Shown here one piece after another: positions 1-8,976 of a stretch of 64,000 bases of DNA (positions are counted from its first letter, which is position 1; every line of letters starts with the position of its first letter). Under the pieces are notes generated by a model. It worked only from the letters and a program-made list of their open reading frames with translations, was not told the DNA's origin and did no database searches. The position numbers and the translations under genes are program-made. The stretch covers positions 7,750 through 71,749 of the forward strand of contig JAYQDX010000001.1 in the NCBI GenBank assembly GCA_038138545.1, given 5' to 3'. This stretch comes from Rhodobiaceae bacterium (lineage in GTDB: Bacteria; Pseudomonadota; Alphaproteobacteria; Puniceispirillales; Puniceispirillaceae).

Positions 1-320
1 ATCGCGATGAAAGACCCGGTCTCCACGCCCCCATCGTCAACCCCGCCGCCGGTAGCGGTCCGGTCGGTCGACGCGGCGGTGGTCCCGGTGGCGCCTGTCC
101 CGGTGGTGGCTGCCTGACTTGTCGAAGTCGACGACGAGGCATTGGTCGCGGCAGGTGCCGTTGTTTCGGCAACGGTCGCGGCTGCCGAATCTGAAGCCTG
201 CGCGGCCGAACCGGCGGACGATGTCGAAGCAGAGCCGGATTCAGGCAGACCACCCGCAAAGGCGGCGCCGCCTGCAGACATGACCATTCCAACAATCGCG
301 GAAACGCAAAATCGGCGCAT
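1..320 (-). CDS. Secreted protein, N-terminal part (runs off the window): signal peptide followed by a Ser/Thr/Ala-rich low-complexity tract
   Basis: Not in the ORF track because the stop lies outside the window. ATG at 320 after AGGGGG; translates MRRFCVSAIVGMVMSAGGAAFA|GGLPESGSASTSSAGSAAQASDSAAATVAETTAPAATNASSSTSTSQAATTGTG..., open to position 1. Confidence 0.7.
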   Translation of the reverse strand, partial: MRRFCVSAIVGMVMSAGGAAFAGGLPESGSASTSSAGSAAQASDSAAATVAETTAPAATNASSSTSTSQAATTGTGATGTTAASTDRTATGGGVDDGGVETGSFIA

Positions 321-536
321 TACTCATGACCCCCTAACAATCACAAGCGTTGTCGATCAACATACCATCAACCACGACCGTACCCGGTGATACGCTCACA
401 TATCAATACGGTACTTGGTCATGACGGTAGCTGACCATGTATAACCAGCACCAAAATCGCCCAAAATGGTGATCATGTCCAGTTTTTAGTCACCTCGGTC
501 GGCAAGGCGGCTTTGGCGAACCGGACGTCCACCCTG

Positions 537-555
537 CCGGTTCCATGGGAACCGG
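537..555. terminator. Hairpin immediately downstream of the CMD-family gene
   Basis: CCGGTTCC-atg-GGAACCGG perfect 8-bp stem; no U-tract on the minus strand. Confidence 0.35.
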
Positions 556-558
556 GTT

Positions 559-933
559 TCAGCTTTCCAGTTCGTCAAGCACCTTGCGGGCCGATCTGAA
601 GCATTCCATGGCCTGCGGAACCCCGCAATAGATCGCGATAACGTGGATAATGGCGCGCAATTCCTCTTGCGAGACACCGTTGCCGATGGCGCCGCGACAG
701 TGCAGTTCCCATTCGTGCATCTTGCCGAGCGCGCCGATCATCGCGAGATTCATCATCGAGCGTGTTTTCGCGTCAATGGCGTCATCACCCCAGCCGAAAC
801 CCCAGCACCAGGCTGTCATGGCTTCCTGGAACGGCTTGTTGAAATCATCGGCCTTCTCGAAAACCCCATCAACATAGGCCTCGCCAAGTGTGGCCTTACG
901 CTGCGCCAGGCCGGTTTCAAACATGTTGTCCAT
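559..933 (-). CDS. Carboxymuconolactone decarboxylase (CMD/PcaC-like) family protein
   Basis: G..RK..LG..YV start, W.WG, RSMMNLAMIGALG, ELHCRGA..NG, IYCGVP motifs; AGAGG RBS. Confidence 0.85.
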   Translation of the reverse strand: MDNMFETGLAQRKATLGEAYVDGVFEKADDFNKPFQEAMTAWCWGFGWGDDAIDAKTRSMMNLAMIGALGKMHEWELHCRGAIGNGVSQEELRAIIHVIAIYCGVPQAMECFRSARKVLDELES

Positions 934-1041
934 CTGTCTTTACCTCTTCGGGTGGGTCATCGGCCACGCCCCAAGCGGGCGGGAATGACGCGGTTATTGT
1001 TCGCGTGACTATAGCCGGACTGGCGCCAAATGGCTTGTCAA

Positions 1042-1059
1042 AATTGTCAAAGGACAATT
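1042..1059. promoter_or_regulatory. Palindromic operator-like site in the divergent promoter region
   Basis: AATTGTC-aaag-GACAATT perfect 7-bp arms in an AT-rich intergenic stretch. Confidence 0.4.
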
Positions 1060-1176
1060 CAACAAATTGAAATAATGAGAAATTCAGGTGTTTTGCGCAA
1101 AAGGTTTACTGTGTTAATTATCGCTAAATTACGCGTCACGACTTTTGACGATGACAGTTCGGGGTGTCCCTGCATC

Positions 1177-2229
1177 ATGACGATGGTCGAGGTAAATTCT
1201 ATTGATTCGGTTCCCGGCGAGGCGGAACTTCTGTCCTATGCAGCGGATTACTTTGCAGCGCGCCTGTTCACACCACGGCAGCGGAAAAGCCTCAATGTCC
1301 TGATCGATGTGACGCGGGAACCGCTTCGCGTTCCGGTGACGCGGGCCATGCTGGGGCCGCAAAAGGCCGGCCTTGGCAAAACACCCCCGACATTGTTCGA
1401 GATGACCGTTTCAACGGCGGGCGGGATCCGCGATGCTGCGGAAATCATCGCCCATGAAATGCTGCATATATCGCAGGCCGTCAATGGACGGCTTCTGATC
1501 GTTGCGAAAAAAATCAAGATCAGCGGCCGCAAGATGCTGGTCGACAGGGCCCGCTGGATGGGTGGGAAACCGGTCATCATGGATGATCTGGCCTGGCATC
1601 TGCGCCCGTGGGAGATCGAGGCTTGCCATTGGCAGGGGCTGCTTGTCGACGAATTTCTCGGCCTGGCGACAGGTCAGCCCGCGGAGCAGCCGGTCCAGTC
1701 GCCGAAGCGCCGCCAGCTGGCCCTCTATTCGGTGAATGTCGCCTCACCGGCATTTGTCCCGGCACAGCCCGAGCCCGCATTTGACGGTGTGTCGGCGGCC
1801 GGTAACGGCCACAGCGAGCCGTCAACCTCATCTGCCAGCCGCCTTGACAGCAACGATGCATCGATCGAGCGCGTGATCAGTGGCACGATGCCGGGCGATG
1901 CTGTGCCGAAAGAAATAGGGGACACGCCGCCTGAACACTTGATGTCCGGCGATGCGCGCCCTGCTGAACCCGCAGAGGTGGCGGGATCAATACAGGATGA
2001 TCGCGAGGGGACAGTGACTGCCACCGAGCCGGCCGCCGGCGTCGTTCATCTGCCGGATGACAGAACTCCTCTGGCGGCCATGCCTGACAGACCTGTCTAT
2101 CCACGGCCGGTGATCGAGGTCACCGTTCCGGGTCTTGATGCGCCGCGGGCGCTCGACCGTGAGGCAATGACGAAAAAACTCACCGAACTCAGGCAGCGCG
2201 GCCTCGCCACGGCCGAGGACGGCGAGTGA
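1177..2229 (+). CDS. Hypothetical protein: zincin-like (HEXXH) N-terminal domain plus acidic Pro/Ala-rich linker
   Basis: IAHEMLHISQ and downstream PWEIEA; start moved from 1030 to ATG 1177 because the upstream part is AT-rich promoter DNA. Confidence 0.7.
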   Translation: MTMVEVNSIDSVPGEAELLSYAADYFAARLFTPRQRKSLNVLIDVTREPLRVPVTRAMLGPQKAGLGKTPPTLFEMTVSTAGGIRDAAEIIAHEMLHISQAVNGRLLIVAKKIKISGRKMLVDRARWMGGKPVIMDDLAWHLRPWEIEACHWQGLLVDEFLGLATGQPAEQPVQSPKRRQLALYSVNVASPAFVPAQPEPAFDGVSAAGNGHSEPSTSSASRLDSNDASIERVISGTMPGDAVPKEIGDTPPEHLMSGDARPAEPAEVAGSIQDDREGTVTATEPAAGVVHLPDDRTPLAAMPDRPVYPRPVIEVTVPGLDAPRALDREAMTKKLTELRQRGLATAEDGE

Positions 2230-2378
2230 TCTTCGCCGCGGGCGGCGGTGGTCGCCGGATGGATCCCGACCCCGGATATTAAAGTCCGGATATTCAAGAA
2301 CGTATTTCTGGGTGATTTTTTTCGGTACAGCGCCTAATTTGTTGGCTTCCCGAAACATGTTTTTACGGAAAGCCGCCG

Positions 2379-3086
2379 ATGAACATCTATAAGGCGATTA
2401 CCACCGAGGTCCTGGTGCCGATCCATCCGGCTGGCTGGCCCTTCATTTTCATCTTCGTTGTGACAAGCATCCTGATCACGGCGTTCTGGTCACCCTTTGC
2501 GCTGCCGGGGACGCTGCTCAGCCTGTGGTGTGTCTATTTCTTTCGCAACCCGGTGCGCACCACCCCGGTCACCGACAATCTGATTGTCGCGCCTGCCGAC
2601 GGGCGTGTGTTGTCGACCGGCATTGCGCCGGCGCCGGATGATCTCGGCCTGCCGGCCGGCGACTGGCGCCGGATCGCCATCTTCATGAATGTGTTCGATG
2701 TGCATGTGAACCGTGCCCCGGTTGCTGGCCGTGTGACGGCGACCAGCTATCATGCCGGCAAGTTTCTGAATGCCAGTCTCGACAAGGCCGCCGAGGCCAA
2801 TGAACGACAGAATATCGTCATGGAAACCGCATCAGGCCAGGCTGTCGGCATCGTGCAGATCGCCGGTCTCGTGGCGCGGCGGATTCTGTTGGAGGCGGGA
2901 ATTGGTGACCAGCTGGCCATCGGCCAGCAATTCGGCATCATCCGTTTTGGCAGCCGCGTGGATGTCTGGATCCCGGCCGACACGCCGGTTCTGGTGATGG
3001 CAGGGCAGCGCACGGTGGCTGGCGAGACGGTGATTGCCGATATGTCCGGCGGGCTGCAGGAGCCCGGCGAATCGAGGCGTGCGTGA
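2379..3086 (+). CDS. psd: Phosphatidylserine decarboxylase proenzyme
   Basis: FFRNP, APADG, IFMNVFDVHVNRAP, FGSRVD autocleavage motif; coupled to pssA. Confidence 0.95.
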   Translation: MNIYKAITTEVLVPIHPAGWPFIFIFVVTSILITAFWSPFALPGTLLSLWCVYFFRNPVRTTPVTDNLIVAPADGRVLSTGIAPAPDDLGLPAGDWRRIAIFMNVFDVHVNRAPVAGRVTATSYHAGKFLNASLDKAAEANERQNIVMETASGQAVGIVQIAGLVARRILLEAGIGDQLAIGQQFGIIRFGSRVDVWIPADTPVLVMAGQRTVAGETVIADMSGGLQEPGESRRA

Positions 3087-3838
3087 TGACGCCGGCACCG
3101 CATCCCCGGCGTCGTTTCAGAACGGTATCGATTTTCTGGCTACTGCCGAATGTCCTGACCGTGGCCGGACTGATTTCCGGCCTGACAGCGCTTCGGTTCG
3201 CGCTCGACGGGCGCTGGGCGGCGGTGATCGGACTGATCGCCCTTGCGTCGGTCTTCGACGCGCTTGACGGCCGGACGGCGCGGCGCTTCAAGACAAGTTC
3301 GGCCTTCGGCGCGGCGCTGGACAGCCTCAGCGACCTGGTGGTGTTCGGCGTTGTGCCGGCGCTGTGCCTGTATCTCTGGGCTTTGCAGGATTCCGGCAAT
3401 CTCGCCTGGTGGGCGACAATGTTCTATGCGGTGTCCATTGCCCTGCGGCTGGCGCGGTTTGATTCGGAACTTCGCGATCCGCCGGAACATTCAAAGGACT
3501 ATTTTACCGGTGTTCCGGCGCCGGCAGCGGGGTTTCTGGTCCTTGTGCCGATCGCTGTCGATCTGGAATTTGGCATAGCCTGGGCGCGCGAGGCGGCCTA
3601 TGTCAGTGGCTGGCTTGTGCTGATCGGCGGGCTGGCGGTTTCCGCTCTGCCAACCTTTGCCGGCAAGCGGGTGAAGCTGCCGGTGGGAACCGTATTGCCG
3701 GTAATGGCGGGAGGCTCGATCCTGATTGCCGGCATCTTCATGCAGCCCTGGATCACCTACATGGTGCTTGCCGCCGCCTACGCCGCATCGATTCCCATAT
3801 CGGCGCTGCATTACCACCGTCGGCGAGCCGCCGGTTGA
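3083..3838 (+). CDS. pssA: CDP-diacylglycerol--serine O-phosphatidyltransferase
   Basis: PNVLT, DALDGRTAR...FGAALDSLSD CDP-alcohol phosphotransferase motif, RLARF, FTGVPAP. Confidence 0.93.
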   Translation: MMTPAPHPRRRFRTVSIFWLLPNVLTVAGLISGLTALRFALDGRWAAVIGLIALASVFDALDGRTARRFKTSSAFGAALDSLSDLVVFGVVPALCLYLWALQDSGNLAWWATMFYAVSIALRLARFDSELRDPPEHSKDYFTGVPAPAAGFLVLVPIAVDLEFGIAWAREAAYVSGWLVLIGGLAVSALPTFAGKRVKLPVGTVLPVMAGGSILIAGIFMQPWITYMVLAAAYAASIPISALHYHRRRAAG

Positions 3839-3844
3839 AGCCTG

Positions 3845-4762
3845 TCAGCCGGTCGCCTGACGGCGCGTGGCAACACGTTCACGGTGAAACAGATACAGGC
3901 CGCTCGCGATGATGATGCCGATGCCGAGGATGGTGCTGTTGGCGGGAATGTCACCAAAGACAAGATAGCCGAGGATCGTCGCCCCGATGATCTCGACATA
4001 CTGGAATGGCGCCAGCAGATTTGCCGGCGCCTTGCCGGCCGCCAGCACGATGAAGGCATGGCCAAGCGTCGCGGCGATGCCCATGCCGATCACCCAGCCT
4101 GTTTCCTGCCATGTCAGTGCCGACATCATGGCGCCGGGGATCGACAGCAGGCTGCCGGCCAGCACGATCACGCCAAGCGCCGCCATCGCGGCCACGCTGC
4201 CGAGAAACTGCATCTGATAGGGATTCACATCGTCGGACAGTCGCCGGGTCAAAACCATGTAGAGCGCCATTGACAGGGCCGAGCCAAGCGGCAGTACCGC
4301 CGCCCAGCCAAAGATCAGGACGCTTGGTTGAACGATGATAACGGTGCCGGCAAGACCGACAAGGATGGCGCTGATCCGTCGTGCGCGCAGCCTCTCGCCA
4401 AGCAGCACCACCGACAGCAATGTCAGGATCATCGGCTGCGCGAAGAAGATGGCGATCGCCTCGGCCATCGGCAGATGCTGGAGCGCGGCGAAGAAGAACA
4501 CCGTCGCCGAAGCCAGCAACAGACCACGCACCGCCTGCAGGACGAGCGTGCCGGCCGGCACGCTCCACAAACGCAGCATGACGACGAAGGGCAGCATCAG
4601 AACGGTTTGCATGAAAAAGCGCCAGAAGGTGATTTCGAATGGCCCATGCGTGACCCCCAGCAGCTTGGCGAAAACGTCAAGAAAGGGAATGATCAGCATG
4701 CCGGCGCAAAGCTGCAACGCGCCAAGCGCGTGATTCGATCGCTGTGGTTTCGTGATTTCCAT
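3845..4762 (-). CDS. DMT/EamA family transporter
   Basis: About 10 TM helices, LGERL, APFQY, FGDIP; start could be 4762 or 4777. Confidence 0.88.
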   Translation of the reverse strand: MEITKPQRSNHALGALQLCAGMLIIPFLDVFAKLLGVTHGPFEITFWRFFMQTVLMLPFVVMLRLWSVPAGTLVLQAVRGLLLASATVFFFAALQHLPMAEAIAIFFAQPMILTLLSVVLLGERLRARRISAILVGLAGTVIIVQPSVLIFGWAAVLPLGSALSMALYMVLTRRLSDDVNPYQMQFLGSVAAMAALGVIVLAGSLLSIPGAMMSALTWQETGWVIGMGIAATLGHAFIVLAAGKAPANLLAPFQYVEIIGATILGYLVFGDIPANSTILGIGIIIASGLYLFHRERVATRRQATG

Positions 4763-4932
4763 GCTGGCATCCTGCATGGCAATTCAAAGCAAGGTCAATC
4801 AAACTCGTGGGTCGTGCCGGCAGCCCCTTTCACATGCAGTCACAAGGTTGCAGTTTGGCCCGTTAACGGGCAAACTGCCGGTCTTGCAATTACCCGGCGG
4901 AGCCCTCGCCTGCCGGTCACGACGGAACTGCC

Positions 4933-5349
4933 ATGTCCCTTGCTCTTCTGGAAAAATGCCTCAACCGTGGCATACGCATGACCAGTCAACGCCAGGTGAT
5001 CGTTGGTGTCATCGGCGACTCCGAGGATCACCCGGATGTCGACGAGCTCTATCGGCGCGCTGTCGATGAGGACAGCACGATTTCGATCGCGACTGTCTAC
5101 CGGACCGTCAAGCTGCTTGAGGAGGCCGGCGTGATCGACCGGCTCGAGTTTGGCGATGGCCGGGCACGTTACGAGGAATCGGGCGAGCATCATGAGCATC
5201 TTGTCGATGTGGAAACCGGCGAGGTGATCGAGTTCTATCATGCCGAGCTGGAAGCGCTGAAGGAGCAGATTGCCCGCGAGATGGGCTATGAACTTGTCGA
5301 CCACAGGCTTGAACTGTTCGGCCGCAAGCTGCCATCCGACAACGGGTAG
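4933..5349 (+). CDS. fur: Fur/Mur family transcriptional regulator
   Basis: RMTSQR, DHPD, SIATVYRTVKL, HHEHL, EVIEF. Confidence 0.92.
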   Translation: MSLALLEKCLNRGIRMTSQRQVIVGVIGDSEDHPDVDELYRRAVDEDSTISIATVYRTVKLLEEAGVIDRLEFGDGRARYEESGEHHEHLVDVETGEVIEFYHAELEALKEQIAREMGYELVDHRLELFGRKLPSDNG

Positions 5350-5425
5350 GCGGTGACCTCTTGATCTGTGTCCTGTTTTTGCCTGCCCCGTCGAATACGA
5401 GCGCCGTGATCCGGTCAGGCTGTTC

Positions 5426-6616
5426 ATGAGCGACACAATTCAACGCCGCAATGTCATCAGGCTGGCCATCGCGCAGGCGCTGTCGATGACCTCGATGAAT
5501 GTGAATATCATCAATACGGCGCTTGTCGGGGTGCTGCTGGCGCCTGTCGCCTGGCTGGCGACATTGCCGCTGTCATTGCAATTTCTGACGTCGATGATGG
5601 TTACCTTGCCAGCCTCGCTTCTGATGGCGCGGTTCGGCCGTCGGCCGGTATTGATTGTCGGGGTTCTGATCAGCAGCCTGTCGACAACCTGCCTCGGGGT
5701 TGCTGTCGTGACAGCGAATTTCCTGATGTTCTGCGGTGGCAGTATGGGGCTTGGTATGGCGATGGGGATTGCCAGCTATTACCGCTATGCCGCAGCGGAC
5801 GGCGTGCCGACGAGCCAGCGACCAAAGGCGATTGCCTATGTTCTCGCCGGCGGGTTGGCGGCCGGGTTGCTTGGACCGGAAATCGCGCGGCGGACGGTCG
5901 ATCTGGTCCCCGATATTCTCTATGCCGGCTGCTTTTTCACCGTCGCCATTGTTCAGCTTGCCTCGATTGTCGCGCTGGCGGGGCTGAAGATTGAGCTCCC
6001 GCGGAAAACCGCCTCGGGCGGACGCCCGATCGGCGCCTTCTTTCGGATGCCGGTGTTTGTCGTCGGGGTCATCTGCTGTGCGCTTGGTTACGCGCTGATG
6101 AGCTATCTGATGACGGCAACACCGCTGCAGGTGGTCAATGTCGCCAAGCTTGGCACCTCGGCGAATGCCACCATCATCCAGTGGCATGTGGTGGCGATGT
6201 TCCTGCCATCTTTCTTTACCGGTTCGATCATTGCGCGAATCGGCGCGCTTCGCGTGCTGTGGGCGGGCGTATTGTTCTATGCCATGACAATCTATCTGGC
6301 AGTCGGGGCGATCACTTTCTGGCCCTACTGGACGGCGCTGGTGACGCTTGGTCTTGGCTGGAACTTTCTCTATGTCGGCGGCACTTCGCTTGTCGCCGGG
6401 GTGGCCGAACCCGAGGAACGTGGCCGCGTCCAGGGGTTTGCCGACCTGACGACGATGACTACGGTGGCAATGGCGTCTTTGTCGGCCGGTGCCATTCACA
6501 GCCAGCTTGGATGGGATGCCGTCAGTCTGGCGGCGCTCGTGCCGGTCATAATCCTTGTCATGGCGCTCGCATGGCTTGGTGTCATGCAGCGCCGTGACCC
6601 GCAAAAGGCTTTCTGA
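5426..6616 (+). CDS. MFS transporter
   Basis: About 12 TM helices, ARFGRR loop, YRYAAAD, IQWHVVAMFLPS, GWNFLY. Confidence 0.88.
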   Translation: MSDTIQRRNVIRLAIAQALSMTSMNVNIINTALVGVLLAPVAWLATLPLSLQFLTSMMVTLPASLLMARFGRRPVLIVGVLISSLSTTCLGVAVVTANFLMFCGGSMGLGMAMGIASYYRYAAADGVPTSQRPKAIAYVLAGGLAAGLLGPEIARRTVDLVPDILYAGCFFTVAIVQLASIVALAGLKIELPRKTASGGRPIGAFFRMPVFVVGVICCALGYALMSYLMTATPLQVVNVAKLGTSANATIIQWHVVAMFLPSFFTGSIIARIGALRVLWAGVLFYAMTIYLAVGAITFWPYWTALVTLGLGWNFLYVGGTSLVAGVAEPEERGRVQGFADLTTMTTVAMASLSAGAIHSQLGWDAVSLAALVPVIILVMALAWLGVMQRRDPQKAF

Positions 6617-6651
6617 AATTTTTGGCTTTTTGTCTGCGAAACAGACGGTTG

Positions 6652-7683
6652 TCAGCCACCGGTCACATTCATATGCCGACTGACGGCCGGGTCACTATGG
6701 CGCCTGTCGATGATGAAATCATGGCCTTTTGGCTTGCGGCCGATGGCCTCGGCAATCGCCTCATCCAGGGCAGGCTCGCCGCCATCGCGAAGAGCGCGCC
6801 GCAAATCCGCGTTGTCATCCTGGCCAAGGCACATGAAGAGCTGTCCGGTGCAGGTCACGCGCACGCGGTTGCAGCTTTCACAGAAATTATGTGTCAGCGG
6901 TGTGATGAAACCAAGCTTGCGTCCGGTCTCCTCGACCTTGACATAGCGCGCCGGGCCACCGGTGCGGAACGGAATATCGGTCAGCGTGAAACGCTTCGAA
7001 AGGTCGGCGCGGACACGGGACAGCGGCAGATACTGGTCCAGCCTGTTCTCGGTGCCAATATCGCCCATCGGCATGACCTCAATGATGGTCATGTCGAACC
7101 CTTCATCACCGCACCAGGCCAGCATGTCGCCAAGCTCATCGTCATTGTCGCCTTTCAGCGCAACAGCGTTGATCTTGACTCCGAGGCCGGCCGATTGCGC
7201 CGCCCGAAGGCCGTCGAGAACCTTTTCCAGATCACCCCAGCGGGTGATTCGCCGGAATTTGTCCGGGTCCAGAGTGTCGAGCGAGATATTGACCCGCCGC
7301 ACGCCGGCATCGAACAGATCGTCAGCCATTTTGACAAGCTGACTGCCATTGGTGGTGATTGTCAGCTCATCAAGAACACCGGTCTTGACCTCGGCGCCAA
7401 GGGCGCGGATCAACTGCATGATGTTGCGTCTGACGAGCGGCTCGCCGCCGGTAAGGCGAATCTTGCGAACACCGGCCGCCATGAACCGCCGACACAGTAT
7501 CTCCAGCTCCTCGAGTGTCAGCAGTTCCGCCTTCGGCAGGAAGGTCATTTCCTCGGCCATGCAATAGACGCAGCGGAAATCGCAGCGATCCGTCACTGAA
7601 ACACGCAGATAATCGACGGTGCGCCCATAAGGGTCGATCAGTTGGCCTGGCTTTGTCGCCAGCGCGTCATCTGTCAGCGGCAT
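6652..7683 (-). CDS. moaA: GTP 3',8-cyclase (molybdenum cofactor biosynthesis, radical SAM)
   Basis: [31 protein letters not shown]...C, C-terminal GG; GGGGAG RBS supports ATG 7683. Confidence 0.96.
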   Translation of the reverse strand: MPLTDDALATKPGQLIDPYGRTVDYLRVSVTDRCDFRCVYCMAEEMTFLPKAELLTLEELEILCRRFMAAGVRKIRLTGGEPLVRRNIMQLIRALGAEVKTGVLDELTITTNGSQLVKMADDLFDAGVRRVNISLDTLDPDKFRRITRWGDLEKVLDGLRAAQSAGLGVKINAVALKGDNDDELGDMLAWCGDEGFDMTIIEVMPMGDIGTENRLDQYLPLSRVRADLSKRFTLTDIPFRTGGPARYVKVEETGRKLGFITPLTHNFCESCNRVRVTCTGQLFMCLGQDDNADLRRALRDGGEPALDEAIAEAIGRKPKGHDFIIDRRHSDPAVSRHMNVTGG

Positions 7684-7789
7684 GGTCGTGTCTCCCCACA
7701 TTCCGTCTTCATGCTACGCCCCGGTCTTCCGACTTGGCAAGGAACGACACGTCGCACCCCGAAACAGGGCCAACGCAGGCCGTTTGATG

Positions 7790-7857
7790 AAAAAAAAGGC
7801 CGTGAGAAATCTCACGGCCGAGTTTAGGGAGGAAACGCACGACGGGTGCGTCGTGCT
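7790..7857 (-). ncRNA. alpha-r8/suhB-family small RNA (MmgR-like)
   Basis: 5' hairpin GCACGACG-cacc-CGTCGTGC, single-stranded TTTCCTCCCT decamer (7826-7835), terminator GGCCGTGAGA-tt-TCTCACGGCC followed by T8. Confidence 0.75.
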
Positions 7858-7862
7858 GGGCG

Positions 7863-7891
7863 TATATGCGCCCGAAGACTGACTCCGTCAA
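7863..7891 (-). promoter_or_regulatory. Sigma70-type promoter of the sRNA
   Basis: TTGACG-N17-CATATA, ending about 6 nt before the 5' hairpin. Confidence 0.65.
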
Positions 7892-7972
7892 CCCTGCTCA
7901 CCGGCTTTTCAAGAAAAAAAGCGCGGCAGGTAATGATTCATAAAAAAACATGAAAAAACATTTAGTTGAATT

Positions 7973-8830
7973 TCAAAAATCGCGCTCAAAAGGTAATGAA
8001 TCCGGTGCCGGTGGCAGCGAGGTTATGATGCCCTCGGCGGTCTGTCCGGCCTCGCGAAAGGTCTGGATGCTTCGTGCGTCATGTCGCTTGGCAAGGCGGC
8101 TGCCGGCGGGGTCCCGCACAAGGTCATGATGGAAATAGGCCGGCGAGGGCAGATCGAGCAGCGCCTGCAGCAGGCGATGGATATGGGTGCTGTCCTCGAG
8201 ATCGGCACCGCGCGTGACAAGGGTGACGCCGTCAAGCGAATCATCGACCACAACCGACAGGTGGTAGGAGGTACCGATATCACGCCGCGCCAGCACGACA
8301 TCGCCATGCGCTGTCATGTCCACAGGTCGGTTGACACCGCCGCGAAGATCGCGCCAGGTCAGGTCGCCCACGAGATCGAGCGCGGCGGCGGTGCGCAGGC
8401 GCCAGGCCGGCGCCACACCCTGCTCGGAACGGTGTGCCGCCTCGCTGGCGGATATGGCGCTGTCGGTCGCCACCGGCGCTTCCTGCGGTGCTGACAGGAT
8501 ATCGGCAAGTTCGGCGCGGGTCAGGAAGCATGGATAGACAAGATCGCGAGCCCGCAGGCTGGCGAGCGCGTCGGCATAGGCGTCCAGACGGTGGCTCTGG
8601 AATATCGGGGCTCCGCGCCAGGGCAGGCCGAGAAATTCGAGATCGCGATATATCGCCTCGGTGAATTCAGGGCGGCAGCGCGTGTGGTCGATATCGTCAA
8701 TCCGCAGGATGTAGCCATTGCCAAGCCGCGAGGCGACAAGCGCCGAATAGGCATGGCCGAGATGCAGCAGGCCGGTCGGGCTTGGCGCAAACCGCGTTAC
8801 CCGGGATGGCTTCGAGGAAGCAACGCTCAC
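7973..8830 (-). CDS. gluQ: tRNA glutamyl-Q(34) synthetase GluQRS
   Basis: RFAPSPTGLLHLGH, LRIDDID, SYHLSVVVDD, RGADL, RLAKR; short, no anticodon-binding domain; GTG start estimated. Confidence 0.9.
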   Translation of the reverse strand: MSVASSKPSRVTRFAPSPTGLLHLGHAYSALVASRLGNGYILRIDDIDHTRCRPEFTEAIYRDLEFLGLPWRGAPIFQSHRLDAYADALASLRARDLVYPCFLTRAELADILSAPQEAPVATDSAISASEAAHRSEQGVAPAWRLRTAAALDLVGDLTWRDLRGGVNRPVDMTAHGDVVLARRDIGTSYHLSVVVDDSLDGVTLVTRGADLEDSTHIHRLLQALLDLPSPAYFHHDLVRDPAGSRLAKRHDARSIQTFREAGQTAEGIITSLPPAPDSLPFERDF

Positions 8831-8976
8831 GATTTTCGTGTCCCCCTGAATTGTTGTGGTGCCGCCATGGGCGCCGATGACGGCGAATATAGACCAGATG
8901 GCCCGGTCGGGTGTAGCCTCGTGCAACTGCGGTCATCGGATTTGTAAACGCAAGGGTCGGGCGTGGCAGGAGAGGA

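Noticed and set aside
142-390. 82-aa + strand ORF
   Set aside because: Antisense to a better minus-strand gene that has an RBS and a signal peptide.
7690-7790. Moco riboswitch upstream of moaA
   Set aside because: The leader is short and holds a plausible promoter (TTGCCA-N18-TAGCAT); the structured element further upstream fits an independent sRNA with its own terminator.
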